This document shows, piece by piece, positions 62,341 to 64,000 of a stretch of DNA of 64,000 nt (the stretch's first letter is position 1; every line of letters begins with the position of its first letter). The stretch is from the NCBI RefSeq assembly GCF_001194135.2, contig NC_068984.1, positions 140,480,915-140,544,914 on the forward strand. The letters are read 5' to 3'. A program made the translations under genes and the position numbers. This stretch comes from Octopus bimaculoides. Its lineage: Eukaryota. The notes beneath the pieces were generated by a model, which saw only the letters and a program-made list of their open reading frames with translations, did no database searches and was not told the DNA's origin.

Positions 62341-63289
62341 GCACGTAAAAGCACCCACTACACTCTCGGAGTGGTTGGTGTTAGAAAGGGCATCCAGCTG
62401 TAGAAACTCTACCAAATCAAGTGATTCAATACAATTAGTCTTTAAATTACATCCAAGGAGATAATCATCTTTATAAACTTGATAGCCTCCTGAAGTTTTT
62501 TCTGGTGTGAGTTAAACAGGAAGGACACTGACAGTTGTTATGCTATGTGACATCCATGCCCACCTCAGTTGACCGATAGCTATGTTAAATGTGGTGATAT
62601 CCTAAAAGTTATCTATTTGAATGAGGTAGTTGGTACATACGTCTAAGAATTTTAAATGAAAAAAATCATTCCAACAAATATTTGCTGTGTAATAAAAAAT
62701 TTGCTTCCCAACCACATGGTTCTAGGTTCAGTCCCACTGCATGGCACCTCGGGCAAACGTTTAGTACCATAGATGGGCGAAATGGTGCTAACGAGCTAGC
62801 AGAATCATTAGCACGCCAAGCAAAATGCTTAGTGGTATTTCATCCGTCTTTACGTTCTGAGTTCAAATTCCGCCAAGGTCGATTAAATAAGTATCAGTTA
62901 TGCACTGGGGTCGATGTAATTGACTTAACCCCTTTGTCTGTCCTTGTTTGTCCCCTCTATGTTTAGCCCCTGTGGGCAATAAAGAAATATCGTTGGGTCA
63001 GCCTTGTTATCTACATGTTAAAAGACCATGTCTTTTACCATTATCCACTACTGCCACAAATAGAACTTCAAACCAAGGACCTATTTCTTAGCAGCCCAAC
63101 TTGTTCTCCCTCCCCATGCCCTTCCTGCAGCCATTAACTTGTTCAAAATCAAAATAACTGCATCAATTTCACCAATCTTGGAAGGTCTGCTAAGTCCCTA
63201 AACACTGTCCTTCTGACAAACTCGATCCTTGACCCATTACCATTCAGGTTACTCTGTCAACTGGAATGCATATTTTCTTTTATTCTTTT

Positions 63290-63500
63290 ATTTGTTTCAG
63301 TCATTTGACTGCGGCCATGCTGGAGCACCGCCTTTAGTTGAACAACTTGACCCCAGGACTTATTCTTTGTAAGCCTAGTACTTATTCTGTCAGTTTATTT
63401 TGGCCAAACCTCTAGTTACGAGGACATAAAAGCACCAGCATCGGTTGTCAAGGAATGGTAGGGGAACAAACACGGACACAAATATATACATATATGAATG

Positions 63501-63536
<36 letters not shown>

Positions 63537-63665
63537 TGGCTTTCAGTTTCCATCTACCAAATTCACCCATGAAGCTTTGGTCAGCTCAAGACTATAGTAG
63601 AAGACACTTGCCCAAGGTGCCACGCAGTGAGACTGAACCTAGAACCATGTGGTTGGTAGGCAAGC
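63290..63665 (-). mobile_element. SINE family A, near full length
   Basis: Reverse complement of the 35985-36330 family. Confidence 0.8.
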
Positions 63666-64000
63666 TGGCAGAATTGTTAGCAAGCTGGCGGTATTTCTTC
63701 TGCCGTTACTTTCTGAGTTCAAATTCTGCCGAGGTTGACTTTGCCTTTCATCTTTTTTGGGGGGGTCGATTAAATAAGTACCAGTTACGCACTGGAGTCG
63801 ATGTAATCGACTTAATCCCTTTGTTTGCCCCACTATGTTTAGCCCCCTGTGAGCAATAAAAAAAAGAAAAAATTTATTCACAATGTTTTAAATTAATCCT
63901 GTATTATCTTGGAAATTTGAGATTTTGGTGATGTGATTATCTCCAAAATGACATTGTAGGGTAGGTGTGAGAGACCAGAATATTTGGGCTGGAATATGGC

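Overview
This is AT-rich, repeat-dense animal genomic DNA with many assembly gaps. The SINE, RTE-tail and microsatellite content looks like a coleoid cephalopod such as Octopus (inference). The one gene I can fully reconstruct is on the + strand: 8 exons at 35270-45857 encoding 424 aa, with all introns GT-AG and phase-consistent. It is a cupin_8/JmjC-type protein with a signal peptide and a C-terminal KEEL ER-retrieval motif, and its metal triad reads H-x-H...H instead of H-x-D/E...H. Two short minus-strand ATG exons (MSGEVAVYQ at 1.2 kb, MSASVDQ at 18.3 kb) look like alternative first exons of a gene running off the left edge. A CpG-retaining zone at 51-57 kb may be another promoter. The rest is mobile DNA: tRNA-headed SINEs, RTE and R4-like LINE remnants, two mariner relics (one a fold-back), and piggyBac-, hAT-, Merlin- and Tc1-type MITEs. 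Several type I hammerhead-ribozyme-like motifs also occur, including a tandem pair with retrozyme-like spacing and one in the loop of a long inverted repeat. All homology calls are by eye; no searches were run.
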